Shown: positions 34,702 through 44,436, counted from the first letter of the stretch. The stretch is 61,297 nucleotides of DNA from a virus (IMGVR_UViG_3300037465_000218:1-61297); one strand, 5' to 3'. Notes: generated from the letters alone by a model not told the origin. A program made the numbers and translations.

Positions 34702-35453
34702 TGGCTAAAATCACCGCGGAGCTACTCGAACGAGAAAAAGAAGTTCGGGGGTTCATTGAAACTTACGCAGACCTATTCGATCTGGATGCAAACCTTATTC
34801 GAGGCCTGATTACCCAGGAGTCTCGCTTTGTAGCTGAGGCCACCAGCCCAACCGGCTGTTACGGCTATGGTCAGTTTTCCCACATTGGAGCCAAGCAGGT
34901 TCAGAATATTGCGACCATGACAGACAAGGCAGCAGACCTGGCTTCTTTTACCAAGCAGCAGGCTTCTGATCCTGACGCAGGAATCAAGGCCATCTGCGCG
35001 ACTCTTTGGTGGCTCTTCAACAAAAAGTACCATCAGATCACGGACAAGAAGGTACAATTAGAAGCAGTTCTCACCTTCTACAACGCGGGCGGCCGCGCGG
35101 CTGCGCTGGTGGTACAATACGGCGGGCATAACAAGGCACTAGAGGTTCTCAAGGCTCTGCCCAAGAACGTTAGAAGTCAGTCTGTTACATACGCACCAGA
35201 AGTAGCCCAGTGGTTTATTGCTTGGCATGAGCACATGGCAGAGGCGAAAGCCGCAGACCGCCCCGCGCCTGCGCCCACTGTACGCCCCGCCAATCCATTT
35301 GACGAAAAGAATAGGGGCATTGATGTTCGGTACCGCGCCCTGATCGAGGCTTTGCGCCTGATGGACGAAGGCGATACCAACGTCGACATGATCATCAATG
35401 TGCGAGATGGACTTACTGAAGTAACGCTCATCTTCCCCGGAGAACTAAACTAG
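34701..35453 (+). CDS. Lytic transglycosylase (SLT domain)
   Basis: LITQESRF, S.TG.YGYGQF, FYNAG. Confidence 0.85.
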   Translation: MAKITAELLEREKEVRGFIETYADLFDLDANLIRGLITQESRFVAEATSPTGCYGYGQFSHIGAKQVQNIATMTDKAADLASFTKQQASDPDAGIKAICATLWWLFNKKYHQITDKKVQLEAVLTFYNAGGRAAALVVQYGGHNKALEVLKALPKNVRSQSVTYAPEVAQWFIAWHEHMAEAKAADRPAPAPTVRPANPFDEKNRGIDVRYRALIEALRLMDEGDTNVDMIINVRDGLTEVTLIFPGELN

Positions 35454-35454
35454 T

Positions 35455-36228
35455 ATGTTTGACGGACGGGACACAGTAGTCAAGACTCCCGAGCAAGTAG
35501 AGAAGATGAGAGTTTCCGCAGCCTTACTTTCGCGGTGCCTAGATATGTTGGTGGGCCTCGCGAAGCCAGGTAAGTCAGGGCAGGAGTTAGACGCGGTTGC
35601 GGAGGAATTTATCCGCGACCACGGCGCAGTTCCAGCTTTCAAGAATTACGGGCCGCCCACCCACCCGTTTCCCGGTTCGATCTGTTTTTCTCGCAATAGT
35701 GTCGTGGTTCACGGCATTCCTACGGAAACAGACATCATCGAAGAAGGGGATCTCATTACCATCGATTGTGGTTTGAGTTTAGACGGGTGGTTTGCAGATG
35801 CGGCGCGCCTGTTCGGTGTGGGACAAATTACCGACGAGGACAGAGACATCATTGAGTGGAGTGAGAAAGCGATCAACGCAGGAATTGAAGCGTGTGTTGT
35901 GGGGAACAAGTTGGGGGATGTATGCTACGCGATTCAATGCTCTATTGGTCGCAGCCCGTACTACAACATCACGCAATTCTGCGGACATGCTATCGGGCAA
36001 AGGATGCACGAGGACCCGCAGGTCCCTAACTGCGGGTTCAAAGGCAAAGGATTGGATTTGCAGCCAGGAATGGTTTTCTGTTTGGAGCCCATGCTCAAGA
36101 AAACCGATGTTGCCTTGGGGATTCTCCCCGACAACTGGACGATCGTAACTCGGGATGGCTCCCGAGCAACACACATAGAACACATGGTTTTAGTTACCGA
36201 AACTAAGCCCGAAATTCTCACTGCATAA
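35455..36228 (+). CDS. map: Methionine aminopeptidase type I
   Basis: C.S.N.VVVHGIP, DCG...DG.F.D, GHAIG..MHEDP.V, EPM, H.EH. Confidence 0.96.
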   Translation: MFDGRDTVVKTPEQVEKMRVSAALLSRCLDMLVGLAKPGKSGQELDAVAEEFIRDHGAVPAFKNYGPPTHPFPGSICFSRNSVVVHGIPTETDIIEEGDLITIDCGLSLDGWFADAARLFGVGQITDEDRDIIEWSEKAINAGIEACVVGNKLGDVCYAIQCSIGRSPYYNITQFCGHAIGQRMHEDPQVPNCGFKGKGLDLQPGMVFCLEPMLKKTDVALGILPDNWTIVTRDGSRATHIEHMVLVTETKPEILTA

Positions 36229-36306
36229 ACGCAGTTTCTGTCGTATAATTCTCAAGTGCGGATAAGTATCCGCCAGCGACAGACAGAATTTCCTAGGAGT
36301 TATACA

Positions 36307-36531
36307 ATGGTTAATGGAGTAGTAAAGTGGTTTGATGCTAAGAAGGGATACGGTTTCGTCGTTTCCCCTGAGGTTGATGGTGATGTGTTCGTTCACTACA
36401 CCAAGATCAAGATGGAAGGCTTCAAGAAGCTGGAAACCGGCGAAAAGGTCTCCTTCGACCTGATTCGCAGTCCTGCTGGGAAGCCTCAGGCTGATAACGT
36501 TGTTCGAAACGGAGTAGAAACACAAGACTAG
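36307..36531 (+). CDS. Cold-shock protein
   Basis: GVVKWFDAKKGYGFV, DVFVHY, GFKKL; AGGAG RBS; TATAAT at 36244. Confidence 0.95.
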   Translation: MVNGVVKWFDAKKGYGFVVSPEVDGDVFVHYTKIKMEGFKKLETGEKVSFDLIRSPAGKPQADNVVRNGVETQD

Positions 36532-36535
36532 GCAT

Positions 36536-36564
36536 TTGACAAAAAAGCCCAGATGTCTTATGAT
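36536..36564 (+). promoter_or_regulatory. sigma70-type promoter
   Basis: TTGACA-17 nt-TATGAT. Confidence 0.8.
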
Positions 36565-36585
36565 TGCTGTGGGAGGATTACAACA

Positions 36586-36858
36586 GTGGGCAATGAAGTT
36601 TACGTGGATTTAGAGATCCTTGCCGATCTCGGAGACGAGTATTTGGTACGTGTAGGCAAGGACGTGTTGAATACTCTGGTCGAATTTGACCCCGCCCTGG
36701 TTGTCCGTCATTGGGACGGAGAAAGGCCGGTGGTGCTAGAACCGTATGGTAATGACGCGGTTCGTACCAGAGAAGATGCCAGTAGTACCAATAACTTGGA
36801 GAATTTGCCAAACGTTGACGCGGACGAGCTACTTACGTGGCTCGTAACCCAGGAGTGA
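36586..36858 (+). CDS. Hypothetical protein with DUF3892-like C-terminal motif
   Basis: GGAGGA RBS before GTG 36586; VRT..D....NNLENLP. Confidence 0.6.
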   Translation: MGNEVYVDLEILADLGDEYLVRVGKDVLNTLVEFDPALVVRHWDGERPVVLEPYGNDAVRTREDASSTNNLENLPNVDADELLTWLVTQE

Positions 36859-36988
36859 TTAGAGTCTTAGGTTCTCCCTCCAGGGTATGTGGGGAATCTT
36901 CCCCCGGGCCTTCAGTGCCCTACCCGACCGCGTCTGCGGATACAATGGCCTAAGAACCTAAAATACATTGTACGGAGGGAAATACACA

Positions 36989-37264
36989 ATGGGTGTACTA
37001 AAGCACGACGGAACTGTAGTCAACCTTGACTCGCTAGATCCGGTGTTCGATACCAATGCCAATGGCTTTGGTCCTGAGACCACGCGCAACCCTGACATGG
37101 TCGCAGGCGTCAAGCCTAACATGGCAGGTATGCCTTGGACTGGTGGATACAGCCTACCTACGGGTAACCGCTCTTCCAGCACTGGGCTTCCGCATGTTAG
37201 CCTCGGTCGCAGTGGCAAGCTCCCAGCGGGCAACGCTACTCTACCTGGCGTAACGACTCGATAA
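36989..37264 (+). CDS. Small Gly/Pro-rich protein
   Basis: GGAGG RBS; flanked by structured intergenic regions. Confidence 0.7.
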   Translation: MGVLKHDGTVVNLDSLDPVFDTNANGFGPETTRNPDMVAGVKPNMAGMPWTGGYSLPTGNRSSSTGLPHVSLGRSGKLPAGNATLPGVTTR

Positions 37265-37394
37265 GCGTAGTCAACTTCATTACGGCTGGCCAAGGGCAAT
37301 CCTTGGCCCGCCTCAAGATGCGGTTGCCCCCTAAGCGGGGGCGACCTTTCTTACATCGTCTGAGGATTACGACTCCTACAGGAGGTGTACCCTA

Positions 37395-37595
37395 ATGGAA
37401 GATCTAGTACTAGGCGCGCTTGGACTAGTTTCCAGTGCTATGCACTGGGGTCTGGACAACGCCCTACCCCTAGCAGTTGGTGCGATTCTAGGTGGTCCTT
37501 TGAGCCACGCTGCTCTTGGAGTTGTTGGCGACGTTCTTGGTCGAACCAAGGAAGTAGTCGACTCCATCGGCTCTGCCATTTCTGGCAAGAAGTAA
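37395..37595 (+). CDS. Small hydrophobic Gly-zipper-like protein
   Basis: AGGAGGT RBS; GAILGG..GxxxG pattern. Confidence 0.7.
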   Translation: MEDLVLGALGLVSSAMHWGLDNALPLAVGAILGGPLSHAALGVVGDVLGRTKEVVDSIGSAISGKK

Positions 37596-37659
37596 GTACC
37601 GACATAGTATTTGGAAAGGGGCCTGGTACTACCAGTCTCCTTTCTCCAGAGGTTTTCTA

Positions 37660-38103
37660 ATGAAACTGAGCTTTGCCAATTTGAACAAAGATGGGCTCTC
37701 CGGAGCTACTGTAGATGGAAACACACTGTTACTTCAGTGTGTGAAGCCTTTGATTATCCAACCTACGGAAATCCAAAAAGTTCATGTTGGAGTAGAACTT
37801 AGAATTCCCGAAGGATTTGTTCTCAATATCAGTACTCACCCCAAGCTTGCTGATCGAGCGGGGGAGGTCTTTCCAGCACTCACAACCTTAGACCATACCC
37901 ATACGGGAGAAGTAGTGATTCCGGTGCGCAATAACGGCCGCAATCCTCTAAACTTGATGGTTGGGATGGTACTAGCTCGCGGACATGTTGTTCGCATCGA
38001 AGAGTTAGAATTCACGGAAGAGGCCCCGACGGCGGCCCCCACCGAACCCCTGCCCCGAACTCAACCCCAACGGAAGAATCCGTTCACCTTTGAGGTCAAG
38101 TAA
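37660..38103 (+). CDS. Degenerate dUTPase-fold protein
   Basis: dUTPase beta-fold pattern (I.P......GV.L.IPEG...LD....GEV.I...N.G) without motifs AGxDL, RSG, GxIDxDYRG or RGxxGFGSTG. Confidence 0.7.
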   Translation: MKLSFANLNKDGLSGATVDGNTLLLQCVKPLIIQPTEIQKVHVGVELRIPEGFVLNISTHPKLADRAGEVFPALTTLDHTHTGEVVIPVRNNGRNPLNLMVGMVLARGHVVRIEELEFTEEAPTAAPTEPLPRTQPQRKNPFTFEVK

Positions 38104-38534
38104 TGAAGTTCCTTATCAAGCGTCTTCATTCCGACGCTGTTGTTCCGACCTATCAAACCCCTGGTGCCGCTGGTGCAGATTTGTACTCTGTAGAAGACCT
38201 GGAGATCCCGGCGGGTCAGGTGCGTATGGTGGGGACTGGGCTTTCTGTCGAAATCCCCGCGGGTTTCGAGATTCAGGTTCGTCCCCGAAGTGGTTTAGCC
38301 GCGAAGCATGCAGTTACCGTTCTCAATACTCCCGGCACCATCGATAGCGATTATCGCGGGGAGATCAAGGTCATTCTTATCAACCATGGACAAAACCCTT
38401 TCCCAGTAAGTAAGGGCGATCGTATTGCCCAAATGGTTATTGCCCGCGTACATCAAGCGGGCTTTGAAGAAGTTATCGAGTTGAATCAAACCCTCCGCGG
38501 TGCGGGGGGATTTGGTTCGACAGGAAGGAATTAG
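38103..38534 (+). CDS. dut: dUTP diphosphatase (trimeric)
   Basis: [34 protein letters not shown]. Confidence 0.97.
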   Translation: MKFLIKRLHSDAVVPTYQTPGAAGADLYSVEDLEIPAGQVRMVGTGLSVEIPAGFEIQVRPRSGLAAKHAVTVLNTPGTIDSDYRGEIKVILINHGQNPFPVSKGDRIAQMVIARVHQAGFEEVIELNQTLRGAGGFGSTGRN

Positions 38535-38535
38535 C

Positions 38536-38772
38536 ATGGAAGTTCAACTGCCCATCAGCGTGAATTGTGAGGTTTTGGTTTCAGCTCAAGACGGCGTTGC
38601 TACCGTAACGGTACCCCCGGAATTGCGCCTAACGGAAAGACTAGTGACCTTCCTAAACTCTGCCTTACAGGCTCGTGATCTGACCCTTAAGCATTGGACT
38701 ATTACTATCCCAGAACAGGAAAAGGAATTGGAGAGCCTACCCAATGTCAAGATGGAGCAAGCCAAAGAATAG
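38536..38772 (+). CDS. Hypothetical protein
   Basis: AAGGA RBS before ATG 38536. Confidence 0.65.
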   Translation: MEVQLPISVNCEVLVSAQDGVATVTVPPELRLTERLVTFLNSALQARDLTLKHWTITIPEQEKELESLPNVKMEQAKE

Positions 38773-39589
38773 AGAAATCGATTTGGTGCTTTCGTCTTCC
38801 GGAGTCCGCGTCCCTTGTTTCATCGGTGGTTTGGCAGCCCTCGAAGAAAGAGGATACAAGATCCAACGAATCGCGGGTAGCTCCGGTGGAGCCATAATCG
38901 CTGCAGCCTACGCTCTCGGCATGACGACCGAGGAGATGAGGCAACTCTCCCTCGAAATTCCCTACAACTCGTTCCGAGACTTCAAGCTTCGCAACCTCCT
39001 GAGTCTGAGCAACCCCAGCGTTTACACAGGTCAGGAACTAGACGCTTACTACCAACGACTTTTCGGCAATGCCACAATGAAGGACATGAAGATCGATTGC
39101 AAGATCTCAGTGGTCACCATCATCGGGCGAAGACGCATTCTCATTGATCGAGAATCTCACCCAGATCTTCCTGTTTGGAAGGCGGTGCGAATGTCCTCTA
39201 CTATTCCGTTCATCTTTCCTTGGTACGACCTGGACGGAGAACCAGTAACGGACGGTGGTTTGGTTACCGGCCTGTCGGACATTTTTCCGAACAACCCCCG
39301 ACCCGTGGTCTGTCTACGACCACGCGCGGATCATGCCCTCAAAAAGATGATCCAGGATGTCAAGACCTCCAAGTTGTTCATTTGGAGTTACCTCAAGATC
39401 ATTGCCGAATACTTCTTGGATGCTGTAGACAACCAGCATGTTCCTGAATTCGAGTGGAATCGAACCATTGTCATTCCTACGTTTGACATTGGTGGGTTCA
39501 ACTTTGACATTACCCCGGAAGAGGTACAGCACCTCATTCAGTACGGGTACAATGCTGTTATGACATCAGAGCTGTCATTGAATAAGTAG
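38744..39589 (+). CDS. Patatin-like phospholipase
   Basis: LVLSSSGVR, GSSGG nucleophile elbow, AVRMS.TIP, DGG. Confidence 0.9.
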   Translation: MSRWSKPKNREIDLVLSSSGVRVPCFIGGLAALEERGYKIQRIAGSSGGAIIAAAYALGMTTEEMRQLSLEIPYNSFRDFKLRNLLSLSNPSVYTGQELDAYYQRLFGNATMKDMKIDCKISVVTIIGRRRILIDRESHPDLPVWKAVRMSSTIPFIFPWYDLDGEPVTDGGLVTGLSDIFPNNPRPVVCLRPRADHALKKMIQDVKTSKLFIWSYLKIIAEYFLDAVDNQHVPEFEWNRTIVIPTFDIGGFNFDITPEEVQHLIQYGYNAVMTSELSLNK

Positions 39590-39638
39590 GGTGTCTCCTG
39601 GCTAGGAGTGCGTCCCTTAAAGCTATTTGGAGTAAACT

Positions 39639-39914
39639 ATGCCCGTAGTCATTACCGATTACACGAACCGCGTTTGGGCCGTAGAACAGCCTAACGATGG
39701 ATACCTACATGTTGGATTCACTGGTAAGCCAGGCCCCCGGCTAACGGACGTCCTGGATTTCATTGAAACCCGCAGCAAGCAGTTTGATAAGTTCGTTCAG
39801 AAACGGAAAGTAGAGGAAGCAAAGAATGCCCAAAAGAGACGAAGTGCCCTATCTCGTGAGCCAGATGGGAACCTACAGCAAAAAAGTGGAGGGAACACCG
39901 GCACTCCTGCGTAG
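39639..39914 (+). CDS. Hypothetical protein
   Basis: GGAG RBS. Confidence 0.6.
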   Translation: MPVVITDYTNRVWAVEQPNDGYLHVGFTGKPGPRLTDVLDFIETRSKQFDKFVQKRKVEEAKNAQKRRSALSREPDGNLQQKSGGNTGTPA

Positions 39915-40092
39915 AGATCTGGTACTTCCAGAGGATTTGGCCGTCGGGGACAAGGTCAAACTATTCTCTCTCCCCGATGGAAAGCAATTCGTTTCCAAGG
40001 TAGAGGCCGACAGCCCCGAGGGTTTTGTTATCAGGAGACTTACTGCCGCGCACATCTACTTTGATGGGGAAATCTCAATACAGGAGGCCTAA
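39826..40092 (+). CDS. Hypothetical protein
   Basis: 88 aa, GAGG RBS; overlaps the previous gene. Confidence 0.6.
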   Translation: MPKRDEVPYLVSQMGTYSKKVEGTPALLRRDLVLPEDLAVGDKVKLFSLPDGKQFVSKVEADSPEGFVIRRLTAAHIYFDGEISIQEA

Positions 40093-40093
40093 C

Positions 40094-40528
40094 ATGTTCG
40101 GAAAAATCAAGAATTTCTTCAAGAAGGCCTGGGAGTGGGCAGAGGCCCTTTGGGAAAAGCACGATGAGATGATGGAGGAGATGGTTACTGCCGTTCTCCC
40201 CATGGTCATCGATGTTGCTTTTAGAACCGACCTTAGCGGCGATCAGAAGAAGAAGGCAATTGTAGATGCCATCATCGACAATGCCCAAGTTTCTGCCGCC
40301 AACGTTTCTCACTCGCTCCTCAACGAAGCAGTTGAAGTGGCTGCAGCTAAGTACAACATTCAGATTGGTAAACTGACTCTAGACAAGATGAATGCGTCCC
40401 GTGAAGCTGCTCTCAAGGCCGCGCGTGATTTTGCTAACAAGAAGCTCAAGATTAGTGGCACAGAAGCCGAGTCTGCAGGCGTTAATGCAGCAGTTGTTCT
40501 GACCAATGCAGATGTGGACAAGAACTAA
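40094..40528 (+). CDS. Hypothetical protein (LL-H holin C-terminal-like segment)
   Basis: AGGAGG RBS; LSGDQKKKA...SLLNEAVEVA. Confidence 0.6.
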   Translation: MFGKIKNFFKKAWEWAEALWEKHDEMMEEMVTAVLPMVIDVAFRTDLSGDQKKKAIVDAIIDNAQVSAANVSHSLLNEAVEVAAAKYNIQIGKLTLDKMNASREAALKAARDFANKKLKISGTEAESAGVNAAVVLTNADVDKN

Positions 40529-41240
40529 AGCTTTCTTCAAGGAGCTTTGGAGGAGGTTGCTTTTGATTGATTGGGTGGCAGCCGCTTTAGCCATTCTCAA
40601 GGCGGCTAAAAGGGAAGATCTCCGGGTCGAGGACAAGTACATTGTGATTCGGCCGCGGATTCTCAGCGATGAGAACTACCTTCGGGGTGTCTCCGTCCTG
40701 CGCGGAGTGTTAACCCTCATTCCCCCAGCATCCATTGCCGCCCCAGTCCTTGGTCTAGGAGCCATTGGCTTCAACATCTGGAAGCGCATAGCCCTCAATG
40801 CCGAGTATGATCGTTTAGAGTATCCACCAATTGATCCCAACATGCTACGACTATCCATCGAAATGGATCCAGAACTCAAGAAGCACTACGGGTCGTGGAT
40901 ACTCGAACACAACTGGGATGCGGAGACTATCGCTGATCTGGAGAAGGTCTACAATGATTTCCAGTTCATTACAGACGGAAAGATGCTTCAGGCCAAGTAC
41001 CCGCATGTATCCGACGACTACATCATGAGTAGGGTGCTGCTAAATAAGCACAACCTGCAGAAGAACCTAGAACAGATTGAGCAAGGGCTGTTGAAGGTTT
41101 CTCAAACACCTGAAATTGAGCACAATATTCGGGAGGCCTTTGAGACAATCAAAGAACTTTTCCCGGCTATGAACGACTGGGCCCTGTTCAATTCCGAAGG
41201 TTTTGAGGATGTAGTTGAAGTATTGGATACCATTTTCTAA
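40506..41240 (+). CDS. Hypothetical membrane-associated protein
   Basis: 244 aa with hydrophobic segments. Confidence 0.7.
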   Translation: MQMWTRTKAFFKELWRRLLLIDWVAAALAILKAAKREDLRVEDKYIVIRPRILSDENYLRGVSVLRGVLTLIPPASIAAPVLGLGAIGFNIWKRIALNAEYDRLEYPPIDPNMLRLSIEMDPELKKHYGSWILEHNWDAETIADLEKVYNDFQFITDGKMLQAKYPHVSDDYIMSRVLLNKHNLQKNLEQIEQGLLKVSQTPEIEHNIREAFETIKELFPAMNDWALFNSEGFEDVVEVLDTIF

Positions 41241-41251
41241 AAGGAAAGAGT

Positions 41252-41881
41252 ATGCGCATTTCCAAGTGGTTTCTGTCTTTAGCATTACTGCTGGCAGTGG
41301 CTTGTCAGACCGTAGCCCCCACTCCTTTTTTGATTGGTAGAATGACCGACCTCAATGATGAGGTAGTTCAACTCTACGTCAATTGCTCGGAAGGGGCCAA
41401 CTACGTTCCTACCAAAGAGGGCTGCGAACCGGAGCTGTTGAGTGCCAAGGTAGATGAGCTTATGGCTCTCTCCGTGGATTTCATCAGCGCGGACATCAAG
41501 CAGCCCCAGGGATACGACATTTATTTGGCCACTGCCATGATCTTCTTCCGCATTGGTGAGCGGAATCTAAACGAGTACACCAAGGCGGAACAAATCGCAC
41601 GTCAGTTTTTCGAAATCCAGAAAGCCCATTCGGGACGATCAGTAGACGAAGCACGTTTCTATTGGGCCTGGTATGCGGCAGCAACTGCGGCCAAACAGTA
41701 TTTCGATGATCCTTTATCGTTGACCGAGGCACGAAAGGCCGATCTTCTTTTAGCCTTGGGGGAAGGAACCAGTATTCTACCTAAGGTAGAGGGGCCCCGC
41801 CTCGTACGGCTTCAAGCAGCTCTTGATACTCTCCGATTCGTCATTGCATTCATTGACGCTTTAGCAACACAACCACAATAG
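41252..41881 (+). CDS. Putative lipoprotein
   Basis: Signal peptide with lipobox LAVAC. Confidence 0.75.
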   Translation: MRISKWFLSLALLLAVACQTVAPTPFLIGRMTDLNDEVVQLYVNCSEGANYVPTKEGCEPELLSAKVDELMALSVDFISADIKQPQGYDIYLATAMIFFRIGERNLNEYTKAEQIARQFFEIQKAHSGRSVDEARFYWAWYAAATAAKQYFDDPLSLTEARKADLLLALGEGTSILPKVEGPRLVRLQAALDTLRFVIAFIDALATQPQ

Positions 41882-41911
41882 CGCAACGTATTTCTGCGCC
41901 CTGGAGGCGCG

Positions 41912-42073
41912 ATGATACGGATCACCGACCATGTAGTAATGGATTGGGGAGTGGTAATTTGGGAACAAGATGGGGAAATGTTTGAACAGATCGAAGCCCT
42001 TTTGTTCAGTGGGTTAGTCATGCGACTGGATCCAATTGACTTCTTTAGCATAACGGATGATGAAGCATGGTAG
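41912..42073 (+). CDS. Small acidic protein (53 aa)
   Basis: GGAGG RBS; MIRITDHVVMDWG... Confidence 0.5.
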   Translation: MIRITDHVVMDWGVVIWEQDGEMFEQIEALLFSGLVMRLDPIDFFSITDDEAW

Positions 42074-42297
42074 TAAACAGACCAGCAAACAGACCAACCA
42101 AAGTGGTACAAACCTTCGCCAAGACAGATTGTGTTCACTATGAGGTGCGGGACGTGCCCAGTTGTTGCGGGCGCACCCACAAAGCCGGTGCTTGCTACAT
42201 CAATTGGAAAGGTAATACTGGTGCAAAGACATGCAGCCTACATATGAAATGGTGCCAGTACCAACCCAAAGGAGGGAACGATGTTCATTCTACGTAA
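42067..42297 (+). CDS. Small Cys-rich protein
   Basis: Six Cys in 76 aa. Confidence 0.6.
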   Translation: MVVNRPANRPTKVVQTFAKTDCVHYEVRDVPSCCGRTHKAGACYINWKGNTGAKTCSLHMKWCQYQPKGGNDVHST

Positions 42298-42363
42298 CTA
42301 CCAAGTTTTGACCGGTGGCACTGCTACCGTACGAAAGGTCGGAACTGCGCCAGGAAGTGACTA

Positions 42364-42741
42364 ATGGCGCAACTCTCCATAAGATGCTGCCCAAGTTCAA
42401 GTTCTAGCTCGGGTGCCAATGCCACTGGTGTTGACATCCAACGGCTGGTCTTGGTCAGAACTGGGGGGCATGTCGATGCGAATACCACCATCGACATCAC
42501 CAACCCCGGGACCGGCTGGGTAACTTTTGGAGACCCTGTTACTATTTCAGGAGCGGACGAATTTACGGAACTTACACAGGTTTTCAGGAACGGGGTCATA
42601 CAATTGACCGCCGCATCCGCAAGCGATAATCATGACGTATACTTTGTCGCAGCGAGCGGAAGTATTGCGTTTGAGTACAAGCTACACACTAACGACGTCG
42701 TACAAGTATGGAAATTTAACCCCACTACAACCAGTGGGTAG
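42364..42741 (+). CDS. Putative virion protein (shares a domain with the next gene)
   Basis: IQRLVLVRTGG...NGVIQLTA...DVY.V...SIAFEYK...NDV.Q..KF. Confidence 0.75.
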   Translation: MAQLSIRCCPSSSSSSGANATGVDIQRLVLVRTGGHVDANTTIDITNPGTGWVTFGDPVTISGADEFTELTQVFRNGVIQLTAASASDNHDVYFVAASGSIAFEYKLHTNDVVQVWKFNPTTTSG

Positions 42742-42796
42742 TATTCGGCTTTACCCTTCTTAACCAAACAAATCTCAAAAAGGAGGTTAAGCCCTA

Positions 42797-43531
42797 ATGA
42801 GTCCACGAACACTTACGCTTCAAAACCAGATTCGTTCGACCACTTCGGGTATCGAGTACGATGATACTCTGACTTTGCCTTTAGCAGAGACTCTCGTAAA
42901 CGAAGCATTTCTTGATGACCCGACCCAAGTGTCCGGAACTCTGGTTATGGACTTGAACTTCCTGCGAACTGCTGTTCGCGACATCAAGGGAGAAACCCCT
43001 CTTTACAACTGGTATGACCCTGCCGCTACTACACCAGGGTTGATTACTCTGTCTGGTGCTCGCCAAGCCATTTCTAACCTACAGACTTTTGTCGGTTCCG
43101 GTGGTGATCTTGACACAACCCCAGACTATACCAGTACCTGCTTCATTTCGCAGAACGACCCCCTTGAGACTGCTATCAGTACTCTCGATGCGCAGCTTTG
43201 TATTGCAACAGGTACCATTTCGCAAGGACAGGAGATTCAAAAGCGAGTCCTAATTCGAACAGGCGGCCAGGTGGCCCAGAACACCACAATCAACATTAGC
43301 ACCCCGGGCGCGGGATGGACGGTTTATGGTGATGACATTCAACTCACCTCTTCCGGTACCTTCATCGAGTCTGCTTCGGTGTATGTGAACGGTATTCTAC
43401 AGCTAACTGCCCCTGATGCAGCGGCGGACAATGATGTCTACTGGGTCTCTTCTCCGTACAGCATTGCTTTCGAGTACAAGATTAGATCTAATGACGTTAT
43501 CCAGATTTACAAGTTCCCGACTGTGCCGTAA
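42797..43531 (+). CDS. Putative virion protein
   Basis: AGGAGG RBS; C-terminal domain paralogous to 42364-42741. Confidence 0.78.
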   Translation: MSPRTLTLQNQIRSTTSGIEYDDTLTLPLAETLVNEAFLDDPTQVSGTLVMDLNFLRTAVRDIKGETPLYNWYDPAATTPGLITLSGARQAISNLQTFVGSGGDLDTTPDYTSTCFISQNDPLETAISTLDAQLCIATGTISQGQEIQKRVLIRTGGQVAQNTTINISTPGAGWTVYGDDIQLTSSGTFIESASVYVNGILQLTAPDAAADNDVYWVSSPYSIAFEYKIRSNDVIQIYKFPTVP

Positions 43532-43586
43532 TCTTTGTAAGTCGGAGGGGTATTCCCTCCGCCTTACCCAGTAAAGGAGGAAAACC

Positions 43587-44012
43587 GTGGCGGAAGAGAC
43601 TGAAGAGCTACGTGGGCGGGCCCGAGCTGATTTGAGAAACGAACAATTGCGCACCCTGATAGGCAAGTGGGAAAAGAAGCGAGACGAACTTTTAGATGAG
43701 ATCTCTTTCCGTAAAGGTCAACTGGAACTTCTGGAGGAACTGATCAAGCAGTCCTACGAAAGAATTCTAGACGTCAACAAGGAAGAAAAGACCAGAGAAG
43801 AAGCCAAAATACAGGCCCGCCTCGACGAATTGAAAAAGCAAGCAGAGGCCGAAGAAGAAGCGCGTAGGCAAACTGAAGCCTTGTCCCTACACGAACAAAA
43901 GCAGAGGGCCGCCGCAGAAGGAAAGAGAAAGGGAAAGCCGCACCCTAATGAGCGGGCCCGAGAGCTTCACGAAAGAAAGACTACGGGCAAAAAGAACAGC
44001 GAGCAGGAGTAG
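43587..44012 (+). CDS. Coiled-coil protein
   Basis: E/K/R-rich heptads; AAGGAGG RBS. Confidence 0.75.
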   Translation: MAEETEELRGRARADLRNEQLRTLIGKWEKKRDELLDEISFRKGQLELLEELIKQSYERILDVNKEEKTREEAKIQARLDELKKQAEAEEEARRQTEALSLHEQKQRAAAEGKRKGKPHPNERARELHERKTTGKKNSEQE

Positions 44013-44015
44013 CCG

Positions 44016-44435
44016 GTGCCAAGAACACTGATTCGAGAAGGTCAAGAACAAGACATCTCGTTTATTAGTGAGGGTGAGCTAAATGAATTCTTTGGCCAGG
44101 TTGTCATTACCGGAACAGAAGATGACACTACCGTCCTTGTGACCTTTAGTGGTCTTCATGATAACCTCGACACCTTAACTCATGGGTTAGCTGAGAATGC
44201 CACTACTGAGATTGTCCGAAATATTCCGGGACAGGTTACAGACGTAAACGTAAGAACAGTCCCCGTAACGGGGACGCTAATTCGTAGTACTTCTGTGACT
44301 AGGAACCCCAACAATCAAGTAATCACAATCGTAGAGCGACAGCATGACGCTTCTGGTACTGTTGTACAAACTTTGACCAGTACCGTAAATAGAACTAGCG
44401 GAAAAGTCACTTCTGTGACCACGGTGGAGACATAG
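44016..44435 (+). CDS. Thr/Val-rich putative virion protein
   Basis: Beta-rich composition, within the structural cluster. Confidence 0.7.
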   Translation: MPRTLIREGQEQDISFISEGELNEFFGQVVITGTEDDTTVLVTFSGLHDNLDTLTHGLAENATTEIVRNIPGQVTDVNVRTVPVTGTLIRSTSVTRNPNNQVITIVERQHDASGTVVQTLTSTVNRTSGKVTSVTTVET

Positions 44436-44436
44436 A

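Noticed and set aside
36553-36585. ATG start at 36553 given in the ORF track
   Set aside because: It lies inside a TTGACA-17-TATGAT promoter; GTG 36586 has a proper GGAGGA RBS
42281-42364. 27-aa ORF MFILRNYQVLTGGTATVRKVGTAPGSD, or a frameshifted N-terminus of the next gene
   Set aside because: It has an RBS and TAATG coupling but is too short to support, and no slippery sequence was seen
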